A stretch of 62,394 bases of DNA, the filler included. It is 8 parts of 8 records of this genome, joined end to end, with 100 filler letters (N's around TTAATTAATTAA, not from the genome) between each part and the next. Parts side by side here need not be neighbours in the genome. Positions count along the whole stretch, not along the records: positions 1 to 7,351 come from DRR723986_21429; positions 7,452 to 14,162 come from DRR723986_21447; 6 more parts are not named here. One strand, given 5' to 3'. Shown here piece by piece: positions 1 to 10,491 of the stretch. The notes under the pieces are model-generated. The model was not told the DNA's origin, made no database searches, and saw only the letters and a list, made by a program, of their open reading frames with translations. Position numbers and translations under genes: made by a program. Positions within the stretch are counted from its first letter, which is position 1. The number at the start of each line of letters is the position of its first letter.

Positions 1-61
1 ACTTGAACCACCGACCCCAGCATTATGAATGCTGTGCTCTAACCAGCTGAGCTACGTAGCC
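1..61 (-). tRNA. tRNA-Met (CAT), 3' end truncated by window edge
   Basis: Reverse complement reads GGCTACGTAGCTCAGCTGGTTAGAGCACAGCATTCATAATGCTGGGGTCGGTGGTTCAAGT: D-arm, CAT anticodon loop and TTC loop of an elongator tRNA-Met. Confidence 0.93.
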
Positions 62-94
62 ACATCAGGTGCAGCGGGACCTCAGGTCCCGAAG

Positions 95-131
95 AGGCGC
101 GAATTTTCCCGATTCTGAGCCGCTAAGTCAA
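95..131 (-). promoter_or_regulatory. Putative sigma70 promoter of tRNA-Met
   Basis: TTGACT-17 nt-GAAAAT followed by a GC-rich discriminator (CGCGCC), typical of stable-RNA promoters. Confidence 0.55.
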
Positions 132-658
132 CCCGCTGCGGGGTGGTGAAATGCCAGTTTTGCCGGCGGCTCGGAGAACGGGAGTTTGTCGCTGGCCAGG
201 GCGGCCAGGGCGCGCTCACGGTCCGCCGTGTTAAAACTGCCCGTGGTCAGGCAGAACTCCACCAGGTTGCCATTCGGGTCCCGGGTGTACACCGAGTGAC
301 ACCAGTTGTGATCGATCTCCAGAACCTCTAGCCCCGCTGCCAGCCAGGCCTGCTTACGTGCCTCCAGGCCAGCCATATCGGGAACATCGAAGGCTATATG
401 GTTGATCTGGTCCGGCACGCCGGCCGCCCGAGACAGGTTGGTCTCCACAGTATCGCCACCGGGAACGTCGTGCATTTCCCAGAAGGCGATGAAGCGGGAG
501 TCATCGCCGTCCATACGGTAAAAGAAGTGCTTGGCCCAGCCGCCTTCCGGTACCGGACCTATCTCGACCTTGACCAGTTCAAAGCCCATAAGATGCTCGT
601 AGAAGTCATGTATCGCCGCCATGTCGGTCGCGGCCATCGCCAGGTGGTGGTAGGCCAT
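128..658 (-). CDS. VOC/glyoxalase family protein
   Basis: HHLAMA, NHIAF and YTRDPNGNLVE metal-binding motifs. Confidence 0.85.
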   Translation of the reverse strand: MAYHHLAMAATDMAAIHDFYEHLMGFELVKVEIGPVPEGGWAKHFFYRMDGDDSRFIAFWEMHDVPGGDTVETNLSRAAGVPDQINHIAFDVPDMAGLEARKQAWLAAGLEVLEIDHNWCHSVYTRDPNGNLVEFCLTTGSFNTADRERALAALASDKLPFSEPPAKLAFHHPAAG

Positions 659-1305
659 CAGCGTGCCTCCTTGTCGTCGACCATGCGCATCACGTCCTGG
701 TCGGCTGCTGCCGTCGGGGCGGGAACTTCGACGATTCGCTCATCGACATCGTCGTATTCCAGCCGCAGCGCGCGGGACATGGTGGCGTGCATCTCGTACA
801 GCGTGGTGATGTAGGTCAGCTCAAGGATTTCCTCGTCGCTCAGCGCGGCCCGCAGCGACTCGAACACCCCGTCGGGAACCCGGCCGCCTTCGAGCACGAG
901 GGCGTCGGTATAGGCCAGCACCGCGCGCTCGGTGTCGTTGAATACTGGGCTGGTAGCCCAGTGGGGAATGGCCGCTATCTTGTCGTCGCTCAGGCCCACC
1001 GACCGGCAGGACTTGCAGTGTTGGGAAAATACAAACTGGGAGCCGCGAGTGTAGCCTGCGCGGGTTTGCCCCAGTTCCCGCAGTTGTGGATCAAGGTGGC
1101 GGGCGGGGTCGCGGTAAAACTGGAATCCCTGCACCGCATGCTTGAGGCAGTCTGGCACCAGTGCGAAAACGGTCCACCAGTTTCCCGGGGTGCCGGTCTC
1201 GGTGCCTGGCTGGCTGACGGGGTCCCGGTCACCGAACAGCAGGTCATACATCTGCCGCGCCAGCGGGTCGGCCTGGTCACGTGGCACCTGTTTCAATCGT
1301 GGCAT
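658..1305 (-). CDS. Carboxymuconolactone decarboxylase/AhpD-like family protein
   Basis: Start re-assigned to MPRLKQV (AAGGA RBS upstream); LDPQLREL..R, FSQH, ERAVLAYTD pattern; stop overlaps VOC start. Confidence 0.75.
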   Translation of the reverse strand: MPRLKQVPRDQADPLARQMYDLLFGDRDPVSQPGTETGTPGNWWTVFALVPDCLKHAVQGFQFYRDPARHLDPQLRELGQTRAGYTRGSQFVFSQHCKSCRSVGLSDDKIAAIPHWATSPVFNDTERAVLAYTDALVLEGGRVPDGVFESLRAALSDEEILELTYITTLYEMHATMSRALRLEYDDVDERIVEVPAPTAAADQDVMRMVDDKEAR

Positions 1306-1402
1306 TGGTTTATCCTTGTTATCGACCTGCCAGGCGTCAGTATAGCCTTTGCAGCCCCGGCGTCTCACGGCGACCCCTTTGCCAGATTGGAGTAACAGCT
1401 TC

Positions 1403-2134
1403 ATGCGTCCACCTTGCCTTGCGCTGCTCGTCCTGCTGTTGTCGGTTCCGGCCCTGGGCGATCCGCTGTTTCGTTCCGGTACCGCGCAGGCGACGCTGGT
1501 AGAGCTGTATACCTCGGAAGGCTGCAGTTCCTGCCCGCCCGCCGACCGCTGGTATTCCACCTTGCTGGACCATCCACGTCTCTGGCAGTCGATTGTCCCC
1601 GTGGCCTTTCATGTGGACTACTGGAACCAGCTGGGCTGGGAAGACCGGTTCTCGGCTGGCGCCTACGCCCAGCGCCAGCGCCAGTATCGGCAGCAGGGGA
1701 GTGCCGGTGGCGTATATACCCCGGGCGTATTCGCCGCCGGGCAGGAATGGCGCCAGTGGCGGGACGCGGCACTGAAGGTGCCTGCAACCGGTGAGCATGT
1801 CGGCGTACTCAGCCTGGCGCTGGCGCAGCGCCGCTTCAATGCCGAGTTCATTCCGGCGCGGGGCGACGGTGAGCCATTGCAGTTGCATGTTGTGGTGCTG
1901 GGCTTTGGGATGGAAACGGCGGTTGCTGCCGGCGAGAACCGGGGAGAACTGCTGCGCCATGACTTCGTGGTGCTGGGTCACCGTCGGTTCGGGGAAGGTG
2001 CGCTGACTTGGACGGGGGAGTTACCGGATACCCCGCTGGCGGGGGAGGCCGCGCGGCTGGCGATTGCCGCCTGGGTCAGCCCGGTTGGACGTCAGGAGCC
2101 GCTGCAGGCACTGGGTGGATGGTTGATCCCGTAA
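1403..2134 (+). CDS. DUF1223 family thioredoxin-like secreted protein
   Basis: Signal peptide, ELYTSEGCSSCPPAD, HVDYWN.LGW.D.F, YTP and GEN.G motifs. Confidence 0.85.
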   Translation: MRPPCLALLVLLLSVPALGDPLFRSGTAQATLVELYTSEGCSSCPPADRWYSTLLDHPRLWQSIVPVAFHVDYWNQLGWEDRFSAGAYAQRQRQYRQQGSAGGVYTPGVFAAGQEWRQWRDAALKVPATGEHVGVLSLALAQRRFNAEFIPARGDGEPLQLHVVVLGFGMETAVAAGENRGELLRHDFVVLGHRRFGEGALTWTGELPDTPLAGEAARLAIAAWVSPVGRQEPLQALGGWLIP

Positions 2135-2163
2135 CCGGGGATGGACGCAGGGCTATGTCTGGC

Positions 2164-2763
2164 TCAGGTGAAGGGCGCTTCGCGGACCCAGGTCACCGCA
2201 ACCCATTTCACGCCCTCACGCACCGGCAGACCGGCGTGCATTGAGTCGTAATTGAGTTCCTTGTCAAAGGTGTTACGCCAGGCCAGCAGTTTGCCGGTCG
2301 CCGGCAGCACGTCAATGCCCAGCCGGGGAAAGCGGGTGCCGCCGCCATCGGGTACCGTGTTCAGGTAGACCATGACCGTCCAGGCGCGTTGTCCGCCGCG
2401 GGCCATCTGCGCATCGTAGTAATCGGTGCCCGGATGCCAGAAGTCCTGGTGTTCCCGGTATTCCTGGCCGATCTCGTAGCGCAGCACCTGCAGGCTCTCC
2501 TGGTTGGCCACCGGCAAGCCAGTCACCTCCGCCACCAGCGCGCGGATTCTGCCCTGTTCTTCGGGCGCGTCTGCCGGGCCCAACCAGGCGCCTGCGCTGG
2601 TGCGATAGTTCTCGCGTTGCTCGCCCAGCAGGCCGGAAGGGTCCAGTTTCGCGCTGGCCGCCGCAATGATCGCCTCGCAGTCGGCCGGCGGCAGGCAATC
2701 GCTGATGGTCAGGGCGAAGCCTCCCAGGTTTACCTGTGTTCGGGGCTGCACGGCGTTGCTCAT
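2164..2763 (-). CDS. 2OG-Fe(II) oxygenase, prolyl 4-hydroxylase-like
   Basis: LQVLRY..GQEY..HQD, GGQR.WT..VYLN, GG.T.FP and HAGLPV..GVKW motifs (HxD...H triad). Confidence 0.85.
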   Translation of the reverse strand: MSNAVQPRTQVNLGGFALTISDCLPPADCEAIIAAASAKLDPSGLLGEQRENYRTSAGAWLGPADAPEEQGRIRALVAEVTGLPVANQESLQVLRYEIGQEYREHQDFWHPGTDYYDAQMARGGQRAWTVMVYLNTVPDGGGTRFPRLGIDVLPATGKLLAWRNTFDKELNYDSMHAGLPVREGVKWVAVTWVREAPFT

Positions 2764-2775
2764 GCGATATCGGGC

Positions 2776-3870
2776 CTACACGTTAAAGCGGAAGTGGATG
2801 ACATCACCATCCTGCACCACGTAGTCCTTGCCCTCAAGTCGCCAGCGCCCGGCATCCTTGGCGCCTTGCTCGCCCTGGTACTGGATGAAATCCTCGTAGG
2901 AGATCACCTCGGCGCGGATAAAGCCTTTCTGGAAGTCAGTGTGAATAACCCCGGCCGCCTCCGGGGCAGTAGCGCCGACCCGTACAGTCCAGGCACGCAC
3001 TTCCTTCACCCCGGCGGTAAAGTAGGTGTGCAGGTTCAGCAGTTCGTAACCGGCGCGAATCACCCGGTTGAGGCCGGGCTCTTCCATGCCCATTTCCTGC
3101 AGGAACTCAAGCCGTTCCTCATCGTCCAGTTCCACGATCTCGGATTCGAGCTTGTTGCAGATCGCCACTACCACCGCGTTCTCTTCGGAGGCAATTTCGC
3201 GGACCGTGTCCAGGTGCGGGTTGTTCTCGAACCCGTCTTCATCGACGTTAGCGATGTACATGGTCGGTTTGGTAGTGAGCAGGTGCAGACTGCGCACCAG
3301 GGCAGCCTCATTCTCGTTCAGCTCCAGGCCGCGTACGGGGCGTGCCTCATTGAGTTGCGGCAGCAGCCGGTTCTCCAGCAGTGCCTTCATCGCCACCGCT
3401 TCCTTGTCGCCGCTCTTCGCTGTGCGCACTACCTTCTGCAGCTGCTTCTCACAGCTTTCTAGATCCGCCAGCGCGAGCTCGGTGTTGATCACCTCGATGT
3501 CAGAGCGCGGGTTGATCTTGTTGGCAACGTGGATAACGTTGTCATTCTCGAAGCAGCGCACCACGTGGGCAATGGCGTCGGTCTCGCGGATATTGGCGAG
3601 AAACTGGTTGCCAAGACCCTCGCCCTTGGACGCGCCCGCCACCAGGCCGGCAATGTCAACGAATTCCATGGTGGTTGCCACTTCCCGTTGCGGCTTCACG
3701 ATGGCCGAGATCTTGTCCTGTCTCGGATCGGGTACCGGTACTACCCCGGCATTCGGCTCGATAGTGCAGAACGGAAAGTTTTCCGCGTCGATGCCGGCCT
3801 TGGTAAGCGCGTTGAACAGGGTGGACTTACCAACGTTGGGCAATCCCACGATTCCGCATTTGAAACCCAT
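2776..3870 (-). CDS. ychF: Ribosome-binding ATPase YchF
   Basis: [29 protein letters not shown]-terminal TGS domain ending FRFNV. Confidence 0.98.
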   Translation of the reverse strand: MGFKCGIVGLPNVGKSTLFNALTKAGIDAENFPFCTIEPNAGVVPVPDPRQDKISAIVKPQREVATTMEFVDIAGLVAGASKGEGLGNQFLANIRETDAIAHVVRCFENDNVIHVANKINPRSDIEVINTELALADLESCEKQLQKVVRTAKSGDKEAVAMKALLENRLLPQLNEARPVRGLELNENEAALVRSLHLLTTKPTMYIANVDEDGFENNPHLDTVREIASEENAVVVAICNKLESEIVELDDEERLEFLQEMGMEEPGLNRVIRAGYELLNLHTYFTAGVKEVRAWTVRVGATAPEAAGVIHTDFQKGFIRAEVISYEDFIQYQGEQGAKDAGRWRLEGKDYVVQDGDVIHFRFNV

Positions 3871-3893
3871 AGTGCAATCCTGTGCTGTGGCGG

Positions 3894-4484
3894 CTAGGCC
3901 GCGCTGAAACTGTGCAGGCGTGTCATCGCCTTGGTGGCATCGCCATCGAGGAGCAGTGGCAGGGTGGCGATGGCCTCGTCGATACTGGCGTCAATCCGTT
4001 CCCGGTCGACGGCTGAGGGCTTGCTGAGCACATAGCCGCTGACGCGCGAAGCGTGCCCCGGGTGGCCGATGCCGATACGCAGGCGAAAGAAATCATTGTT
4101 GTTGGCCAGGGCCGGCACGATGTCGCGCAGGCCATTGTGGCCGCCATGGCCGCCACCTTGCTTGAAGCGGGCGCAACCAGCTGGGATATCCAGCTCGTCG
4201 TGGGCGATCAGCATTTCCTCGGGCAGAATCTTGTAGAACCGGGCGATTGCGGCAACTGCCTGTCCACTGCGGTTCATAAAGGTCGTTGGTACCAGCAGGC
4301 GCAGGTCGTGGCCGGCAAAGGTCGCTCTGCCGGTCACGCCGAAAAACTTGGTATCAGCCTGCAGGGTGCAGCCCGTCTGGCGAGCCAGCGCCTCGACAAA
4401 GTCGGCGCCCGCGTTGTGCCTGGTGTCCCGGTACTCTGCACCGGGGTTACCCAGGCCAACAATCAGCTTGATGCTGGCATTCAA
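3894..4484 (-). CDS. pth: Peptidyl-tRNA hydrolase
   Basis: [27 protein letters not shown] motifs. Confidence 0.97.
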   Translation of the reverse strand: MNASIKLIVGLGNPGAEYRDTRHNAGADFVEALARQTGCTLQADTKFFGVTGRATFAGHDLRLLVPTTFMNRSGQAVAAIARFYKILPEEMLIAHDELDIPAGCARFKQGGGHGGHNGLRDIVPALANNNDFFRLRIGIGHPGHASRVSGYVLSKPSAVDRERIDASIDEAIATLPLLLDGDATKAMTRLHSFSAA

Positions 4485-4510
4485 CGCGGGTACCGCTTGC
4501 GGCGGGAGGA

Positions 4511-5182
4511 TTACTCCTCGCTGCCGTCCTCATCGCCGTCATCGGATTCTGCTGCAGTATCAGCAGCAGCTTCGATTTCCTCGTCGGCGTCGGAACCGCC
4601 CTTGGGCGCGACAACCGAGGCAACCGCGAGGTCGTGATCCTCACCCAGGGCGAGGGCAACGGATACAACGCCTTCCGGCAGCGCGATGTCAGACAAGTGC
4701 ACGATGTCACCGACCTTGATGTCGAGCATGTTCACTTCGATGAACTCGGGGATGTCAGCCGGCAGACACTGAACTTCGACTTCAGTGACCTGGTGCTGGA
4801 TCATGCCGCCTTCCATCTTCACGCCGTGACACTTCTCTTCATTGGTGAAGTGGATGGGCACGTGTACCTTGATCGCGCGGTTCTCATCGACTCGCAGGAA
4901 ATCGGCGTGCATCACCGAGTTACGCGCAGGGTGGCGTTGCAGGTCCTTGATGATGGCCTTTTCCTTGTCCTTACCGACATTGATAGTCAGCACGTGAGAG
5001 AAGAAGGCTTCGTTTTCCAGTGCTTTCTCCAGATCCTTGCGAATCAGGGTCAGCGGCTGGGGATCCTTGTCGCCGCCGTAGATGATGGCTGGGACGAGGT
5101 CAGCGAGACGACGCAGGCGGCGGCTCGCACCTTTCCCCAGGTCCTCACGCACTTCTGCGGTCAGTTCAAATTGGTCAGACAT
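4511..5182 (-). CDS. rplY: 50S ribosomal protein L25/Ctc
   Basis: [23 protein letters not shown], acidic tail; sits between prs and pth. Confidence 0.96.
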   Translation of the reverse strand: MSDQFELTAEVREDLGKGASRRLRRLADLVPAIIYGGDKDPQPLTLIRKDLEKALENEAFFSHVLTINVGKDKEKAIIKDLQRHPARNSVMHADFLRVDENRAIKVHVPIHFTNEEKCHGVKMEGGMIQHQVTEVEVQCLPADIPEFIEVNMLDIKVGDIVHLSDIALPEGVVSVALALGEDHDLAVASVVAPKGGSDADEEIEAAADTAAESDDGDEDGSEE

Positions 5183-5204
5183 GGTCTGGACTCCTTTGAT
5201 AAAT

Positions 5205-5235
5205 CACTGCCTGGCTTGCGACCGGCCGGACAGTG
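5205..5235 (-). promoter_or_regulatory. Hairpin in rplY leader, candidate L25 autoregulatory element
   Basis: CACTG-TCCGGC..GGTCGC..GCCAGG-CAGTG stem-loop just upstream of the AAGGAG RBS. Confidence 0.45.
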
Positions 5236-5255
5236 GGTTTTGTTAAGCGCTGCGA

Positions 5256-6203
<948 letters not shown>

Positions 6204-6292
6204 GGCACGCTCCCTTCAGCTGGTTCTGAGTCGAAAACCGTTAGCACATAAAACAAATGCCACGCACCACTGGCGCATGGCACCGTCGAATA

Positions 6293-6367
6293 TGGCTGGG
6301 GTGGCAGGATTCGAACCTGCGAATGCCGGGATCAAAACCCGGTGCCTTGCCACTTGGCGACACCCCA
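6293..6367 (-). tRNA. tRNA-Gln (TTG)
   Basis: TGGGGTGTCGCCAAGTGGCAAGGCACCGGGTTTTGATCCCGGCATTCGCAGGTTCGAATCCTGCCACCCCAGCCA; usual ispE-tRNA-Gln-prs position. Confidence 0.97.
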
Positions 6368-6368
6368 A

Positions 6369-7199
6369 TTATCTGTTGGGTAAAACCAGTTGCTCGAGTA
6401 ACGGTGAGCGGTTCAGGCCGCGGGCAACAAAGCTTGTCCAGCGGTCCGGCACCTGCCGCCGGATCGCTTCTGCCTCGGCTCTGGATTGGAAACTGGCGAA
6501 TACGCATGCGCCGGTTCCGGTTAGTTTGGCTTCGCCGAAATTTGCCAGCCAAATCAGCGCTTTATCCACCTCAGGGTAGAGGTGTCTAACGACGCTCTGG
6601 CAGTCGTTCCGGGAGCCCCCCTCAAAAAAGGCCGCTATTGTGATCGGCGGACTGTTTCTTGTCAATTCGGGTCTGGAAAAAATTTCCCCGGTGGCGACAT
6701 GGCAATTCGGGTGGATGACCAGATACCAGCGCTCCGGCAGGGTCATCGGTGTGAGTTGCTCGCCAATACCCTCTCCCCAGGCGCTGTGGCCGGCGACAAA
6801 AACCGGTACATCGGCTCCCAGGGTTGCGCCGATGCGCTGCAGCTCAGTATTTTCCAGGCCCAGTTCCCAGAGCGCGTTGAGTCCGAGCAAGGTTGTGGCC
6901 GCGTTGGAACTGCCGCCGCCAAGCCCGCCGCCGGTGGGAATGTTCTTCTGCAGACGGATGCGGGCGCCGCGCCCCGCGGGCTGGATCAGGCGGGCGGCTC
7001 GGACGATGAGGTTGTCCCCGTCGGCGATTCCCAGGTCCGCGCCCTCGAGGCGGATGGCCTCGTCATCGGTCGCGGTAATCGACAGGGTGTCGCCGTAATC
7101 CAGCAGCTGGAACAGGGTTTGCAGCGTGTGGTAGCCATCGGCACGCCGCCCGGTGATGTGCAGGAACAGGTTGAGCTTGGCGGGGGCGAAGAAATCCAT
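6369..7199 (-). CDS. ispE: 4-diphosphocytidyl-2-C-methyl-D-erythritol kinase
   Basis: APAKLNLFLHI, GGGLGGGSSNAA, GADVP motifs. Confidence 0.96.
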   Translation of the reverse strand: MDFFAPAKLNLFLHITGRRADGYHTLQTLFQLLDYGDTLSITATDDEAIRLEGADLGIADGDNLIVRAARLIQPAGRGARIRLQKNIPTGGGLGGGSSNAATTLLGLNALWELGLENTELQRIGATLGADVPVFVAGHSAWGEGIGEQLTPMTLPERWYLVIHPNCHVATGEIFSRPELTRNSPPITIAAFFEGGSRNDCQSVVRHLYPEVDKALIWLANFGEAKLTGTGACVFASFQSRAEAEAIRRQVPDRWTSFVARGLNRSPLLEQLVLPNR

Positions 7200-7201
7200 A
7201 C

Positions 7202-7351
7202 TCAGCGCCCAGCCGGTTGCCAGCTGCGAATAATCAGCCGGGCATGGGTGTCGTGGCGGCTGATACGCAGGCGGGTGGGCAACAGGTAGGCGCCGAAACG
7301 CCGGTACTCGCTGTAGTCCACCAGCCAGCCCGCCTGCGCCAGCTGGCGCAG
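7202..7351 (-). CDS. lolB: Outer-membrane lipoprotein LolB, C-terminal fragment
   Basis: Own translation LRQLAQAGWLVDYSEY...LPTRLRISRHDTHARLIIRSWQP; directly upstream of ispE. Confidence 0.8.
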   Translation of the reverse strand: MRQLAQAGWLVDYSEYRRFGAYLLPTRLRISRHDTHARLIIRSWQPAGR

Positions 7352-7451
7352 NNNNNNNNNNNNNNNNNNNNNNNNNNNNNNNNNNNNNNNNNNNNTTAAT
7401 TAATTAANNNNNNNNNNNNNNNNNNNNNNNNNNNNNNNNNNNNNNNNNNNN
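7352..7451. other. Artificial contig spacer (N44-TTAATTAATTAA-N44). Identical spacers at 14163-14262, 23503-23602, 30833-30932, 40892-40991, 49302-49401 and 56723-56822
   Basis: N runs flanking a linker with stops in all six frames; composition and taxonomy change abruptly across each spacer. Confidence 0.99.
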
Positions 7452-7800
7452 AGGTCCAGGCGTGATAGGGGCACACGATGGAGCGCACGGTTCCGCTGCC
7501 CTGCAAGAGGGTGGACATCCGGTGCAGACAGACGTTTGACATCGCCCGCAGTTCATTGTCGCGATCCCGCAGAACGATGATGGGCTGGTCGGCCAATTCG
7601 CAAGTCATGTAATCGCCCGGGTTGGGCAGCGCGCTGGCACGACCGACGCAGAACCAGTCTTTGCTAAAGATATGCTCGAGTTCTTCGGCGACGAAATCCT
7701 CGGACGTGTAGACTTCGGGTGGCATGGCGCGCGCCTGCTCAAAAGGAACCGAGGTGTTCTGCCGAAGGGCGTCCAAGGTGGCTATATGATCTTTTGCCAT
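7452..7800 (-). CDS. Rieske non-heme iron oxygenase alpha subunit (CntA/GbcA/Stc2-like), N-terminal part
   Basis: NVCLHR...CPYHAWT Rieske motif; truncated at contig end. Confidence 0.88.
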
Positions 7801-8146
7801 GTTGGCGGTCTCCTCTTACTCAAATCGTTTGGATGCGTCCGAACCCCAATTGGGCCAGCGCATGTGTGTCGAATAGATCATCTGTTATCTGGGGCTGGCG
7901 AGTTGGGTCTATTTCAAACAGACCGCTTGCGCCTAAGTCCATGATTTTGATGATCCCCTGTGGTTTTCGTCCCGAAATCACGGGTCCGAGTCGCGTTTCA
8001 AAGGTGAGTTTCCACTGCGGTATAGCGGTTAGAAAGAACTGTCTGTCTCACCTCTGTTTAGGTTGCCCCTAACCACGGATATGACCGCGAACGAGGGACA
8101 AAGGAAGGGCGGCATTCAGCCACCCACCCCCAGTTTTGTGTGCGCT

Positions 8147-9421
8147 TTAGGCGTCTGCAAGCTCTCGCTGTACCGGCGCGCGGTAGTCGCGATATTTGCG
8201 CTGGGTCGCGATTTGGTCAGCGACGTGTTTGGCATCATGCCAGACGCCCCAGATAAAGGTCGATCCGCGACGCGACTGCCAAGGCAGGCCAAGGAAATAG
8301 ATCCCCGGTTCAGACGACACCCCGCGCTGATGCTTGGGCTTGCCAGCCTCATCACAGGCGTCGACCTCGAGCCAGCTGAAATCCTGAGAAAATCCGGTGG
8401 CCCAGATGATCGAATTCACACCAGCGGCGGCAAGGTCCAGTTCCCGCGTCGGGTTGGTGACGCACGCGGGATCGGGGCGCATTGCGCGGGCTTCGGGTTC
8501 TTCTGGCAGGTCCAGACCGTTGCGAGCCACATAGGCATCGGCCAGATCCAGCATCCCGTTATAATTGGCATCGCCATGGGCAATGTTGTCCGCCAAATCT
8601 GGCGCAAACGTCAGCACGCCGTCGTTGTAGGTCTGCGTCATGCCAACAAGGTTCATGCCCCCTGCCGCCAATTCGCGAAAATCAACCGTATTGCCGCCAT
8701 GGGCGCCACTGACTGCGATGGTCACATGTTCGGTGCCGGGCTTTAGCGCGGCCACATCCCACAGGCCCAGCACGCCGAGCCACCAGACGAAATCACGACC
8801 TCGGTAGGCGCGTGGAGGGCGATCATGTGGACCAACGGACAGGTACACCTTGCGCCCAGCGCGCATCAGTTCATCCGCGATCTGTGCCCCGGATGACCCA
8901 GCGCCGACAACCAGAATCGCGCCTTCGGGCATTTGATCGGGGTTGCGATAGTGGAACGAGTGCATCTGCAAGACATCCGCGTCTTGCGGCACCACCGGCG
9001 GGATCACAGGGGTTTGGAACGCGCCGGTGGCTGCAATTACATTTTCGGCTTCGATCACACCATCGGATGTTTCGACGCGAAAGCCGGGTTTACCATCATT
9101 GCGGGTCACTTTGGTCACGTCGACGCCACAGCGAATGGGGGCTTTGATCATCTTGGCGTAATCGACAAAATAATCGGCAACCTGTTCTTTGTGAGGAAAT
9201 TCCTCGGGGCCGGTCTTTTGGAATTCCATGCCCGGAAAGCGGTCATGCCACGCAGGACCATTGGCCACCAGCGAGTCCCAGCGCCCTGTGCGCCACCGCT
9301 CAGCAATCCGGTCCCGTTCCAGTACAAGGTGAGAGATGCCATTGTTCGACAAGTGCTCGCTTGCGGCAACACCAGCCTGGCCAGCACCGACAACAAGCGT
9401 ATCTACTTTTTCAACTGTCAT
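8147..9421 (-). CDS. Flavin-containing monooxygenase-like FAD/NAD(P)-dependent oxidoreductase
   Basis: Two Rossmann motifs (GAGQAG, GAGSSG), RWDSL, ATG, WATGF, YFLGLPW. Confidence 0.85.
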   Translation of the reverse strand: MTVEKVDTLVVGAGQAGVAASEHLSNNGISHLVLERDRIAERWRTGRWDSLVANGPAWHDRFPGMEFQKTGPEEFPHKEQVADYFVDYAKMIKAPIRCGVDVTKVTRNDGKPGFRVETSDGVIEAENVIAATGAFQTPVIPPVVPQDADVLQMHSFHYRNPDQMPEGAILVVGAGSSGAQIADELMRAGRKVYLSVGPHDRPPRAYRGRDFVWWLGVLGLWDVAALKPGTEHVTIAVSGAHGGNTVDFRELAAGGMNLVGMTQTYNDGVLTFAPDLADNIAHGDANYNGMLDLADAYVARNGLDLPEEPEARAMRPDPACVTNPTRELDLAAAGVNSIIWATGFSQDFSWLEVDACDEAGKPKHQRGVSSEPGIYFLGLPWQSRRGSTFIWGVWHDAKHVADQIATQRKYRDYRAPVQRELADA

Positions 9422-9611
9422 TTCAAATTCCTCTTAGGCATTCCGGGCGGATCTGATGATAAACCTAAGGGACGACGCCAATCACGGAAAACATGTTTTC
9501 ATTAAGCAGTGATTGGGCGCAGTCTAAGTTCCGCCTAAGTGCCATAAAAAACAGGGGCCCCAGCATGTGGAGCCCCCTTCGGTCGTGTCCCGTCCAAACG
9601 TAGTTGCGAAC

Positions 9612-10487
9612 CTAACGGGTCGGCACGGGAACGTCGCCTCGGTAATCGTAAAACCCACGGCCTGATTTTCGTCCGGTCCAGCCAGCTTCGACATATTTGA
9701 CCAACAAGGGACAAGGGCGGTATTTCGTATCCGCCAAGCCATCATGCAGGACGTTCATGATCGCAAGACAGGTATCCAGCCCGATGAAATCACCCAGCTC
9801 CAGCGGCCCCATGGGGTGATTTGCCCCCAGTTTCATCGACGCATCAATCGACGCGACATTGCCCACCCCTTCGTAGAGCGCATAGCAGGCTTCGTTGATC
9901 ATTGGGATCAGGACGCGATTGACGATGAAGGCGGGGTAATCTTCGGCTGAGGCGGCGGTTTTGCCAAGGCTTTCGACCACCTTGAGCAGCGCCGCGTAGG
10001 TTTCTGGCGATGTAGCGATGCCGCGGATCAGTTCCACCAATTGCATCACCGGCACCGGGTTCATGAAATGGAAGCCCATGAATTTTTCAGGCCGATCCGT
10101 TTTGGCCGCCAGTCGAGTGATGGAAATCGACGAAGTGTTCGAGGTGAGCACCGTGTGGGGTTCTAACGACGGCTGCAGCCCGGCAAAGATTTGATCTTTG
10201 ATCTGCTCGCGCTCGGTTGCGGCCTCGATCACCAGATCCGTGCCACCAAGGTCGCCCAATTCACGTGTTGTGCGAATGCGGCTTAGCGCGGTGGCGCGGT
10301 CCTCTTCGCTCATCTGCCCTTTGGAGACTTGGCGGGCGGTGTTTTTTTGGATCCGCCCGATGGCATCATTGAGAGCATCTTGGGAGATGTCGTTCAGCAA
10401 GACCTGATAGCCAGAGGTGGCAAAGACATGCGCGATGCCATTGCCCATCTGCCCTGCCCCAACGATGCCAACGGTTCGGAATTCCAT
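9612..10487 (-). CDS. hbd: 3-hydroxybutyryl-CoA dehydrogenase
   Basis: Start MEFRTVGIVGAGQMGNGIA; SNTSS, HFMNPVP, FIVNR, PMGP and GRKSG.GFY motifs. Confidence 0.9.
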   Translation of the reverse strand: MEFRTVGIVGAGQMGNGIAHVFATSGYQVLLNDISQDALNDAIGRIQKNTARQVSKGQMSEEDRATALSRIRTTRELGDLGGTDLVIEAATEREQIKDQIFAGLQPSLEPHTVLTSNTSSISITRLAAKTDRPEKFMGFHFMNPVPVMQLVELIRGIATSPETYAALLKVVESLGKTAASAEDYPAFIVNRVLIPMINEACYALYEGVGNVASIDASMKLGANHPMGPLELGDFIGLDTCLAIMNVLHDGLADTKYRPCPLLVKYVEAGWTGRKSGRGFYDYRGDVPVPTR

Positions 10488-10491
10488 CGTG

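Noticed and set aside
1-61. Prophage or island integration at tRNA-Met (or at tRNA-Gln 6293-6367)
   Set aside because: No integrase or duplicated tRNA 3' end is visible; the tRNA-Met 3' side is outside the window
1306-1560. N-terminal extensions given by the ORF track (CMD to 1560; also hbd to 10670, gabT to 13396, rplD to 39752, tspO to 59139, pucC-like to 61929, meaB from 55805)
   Set aside because: They overlap neighbouring genes or promoters; downstream starts match family N-termini, most with an RBS
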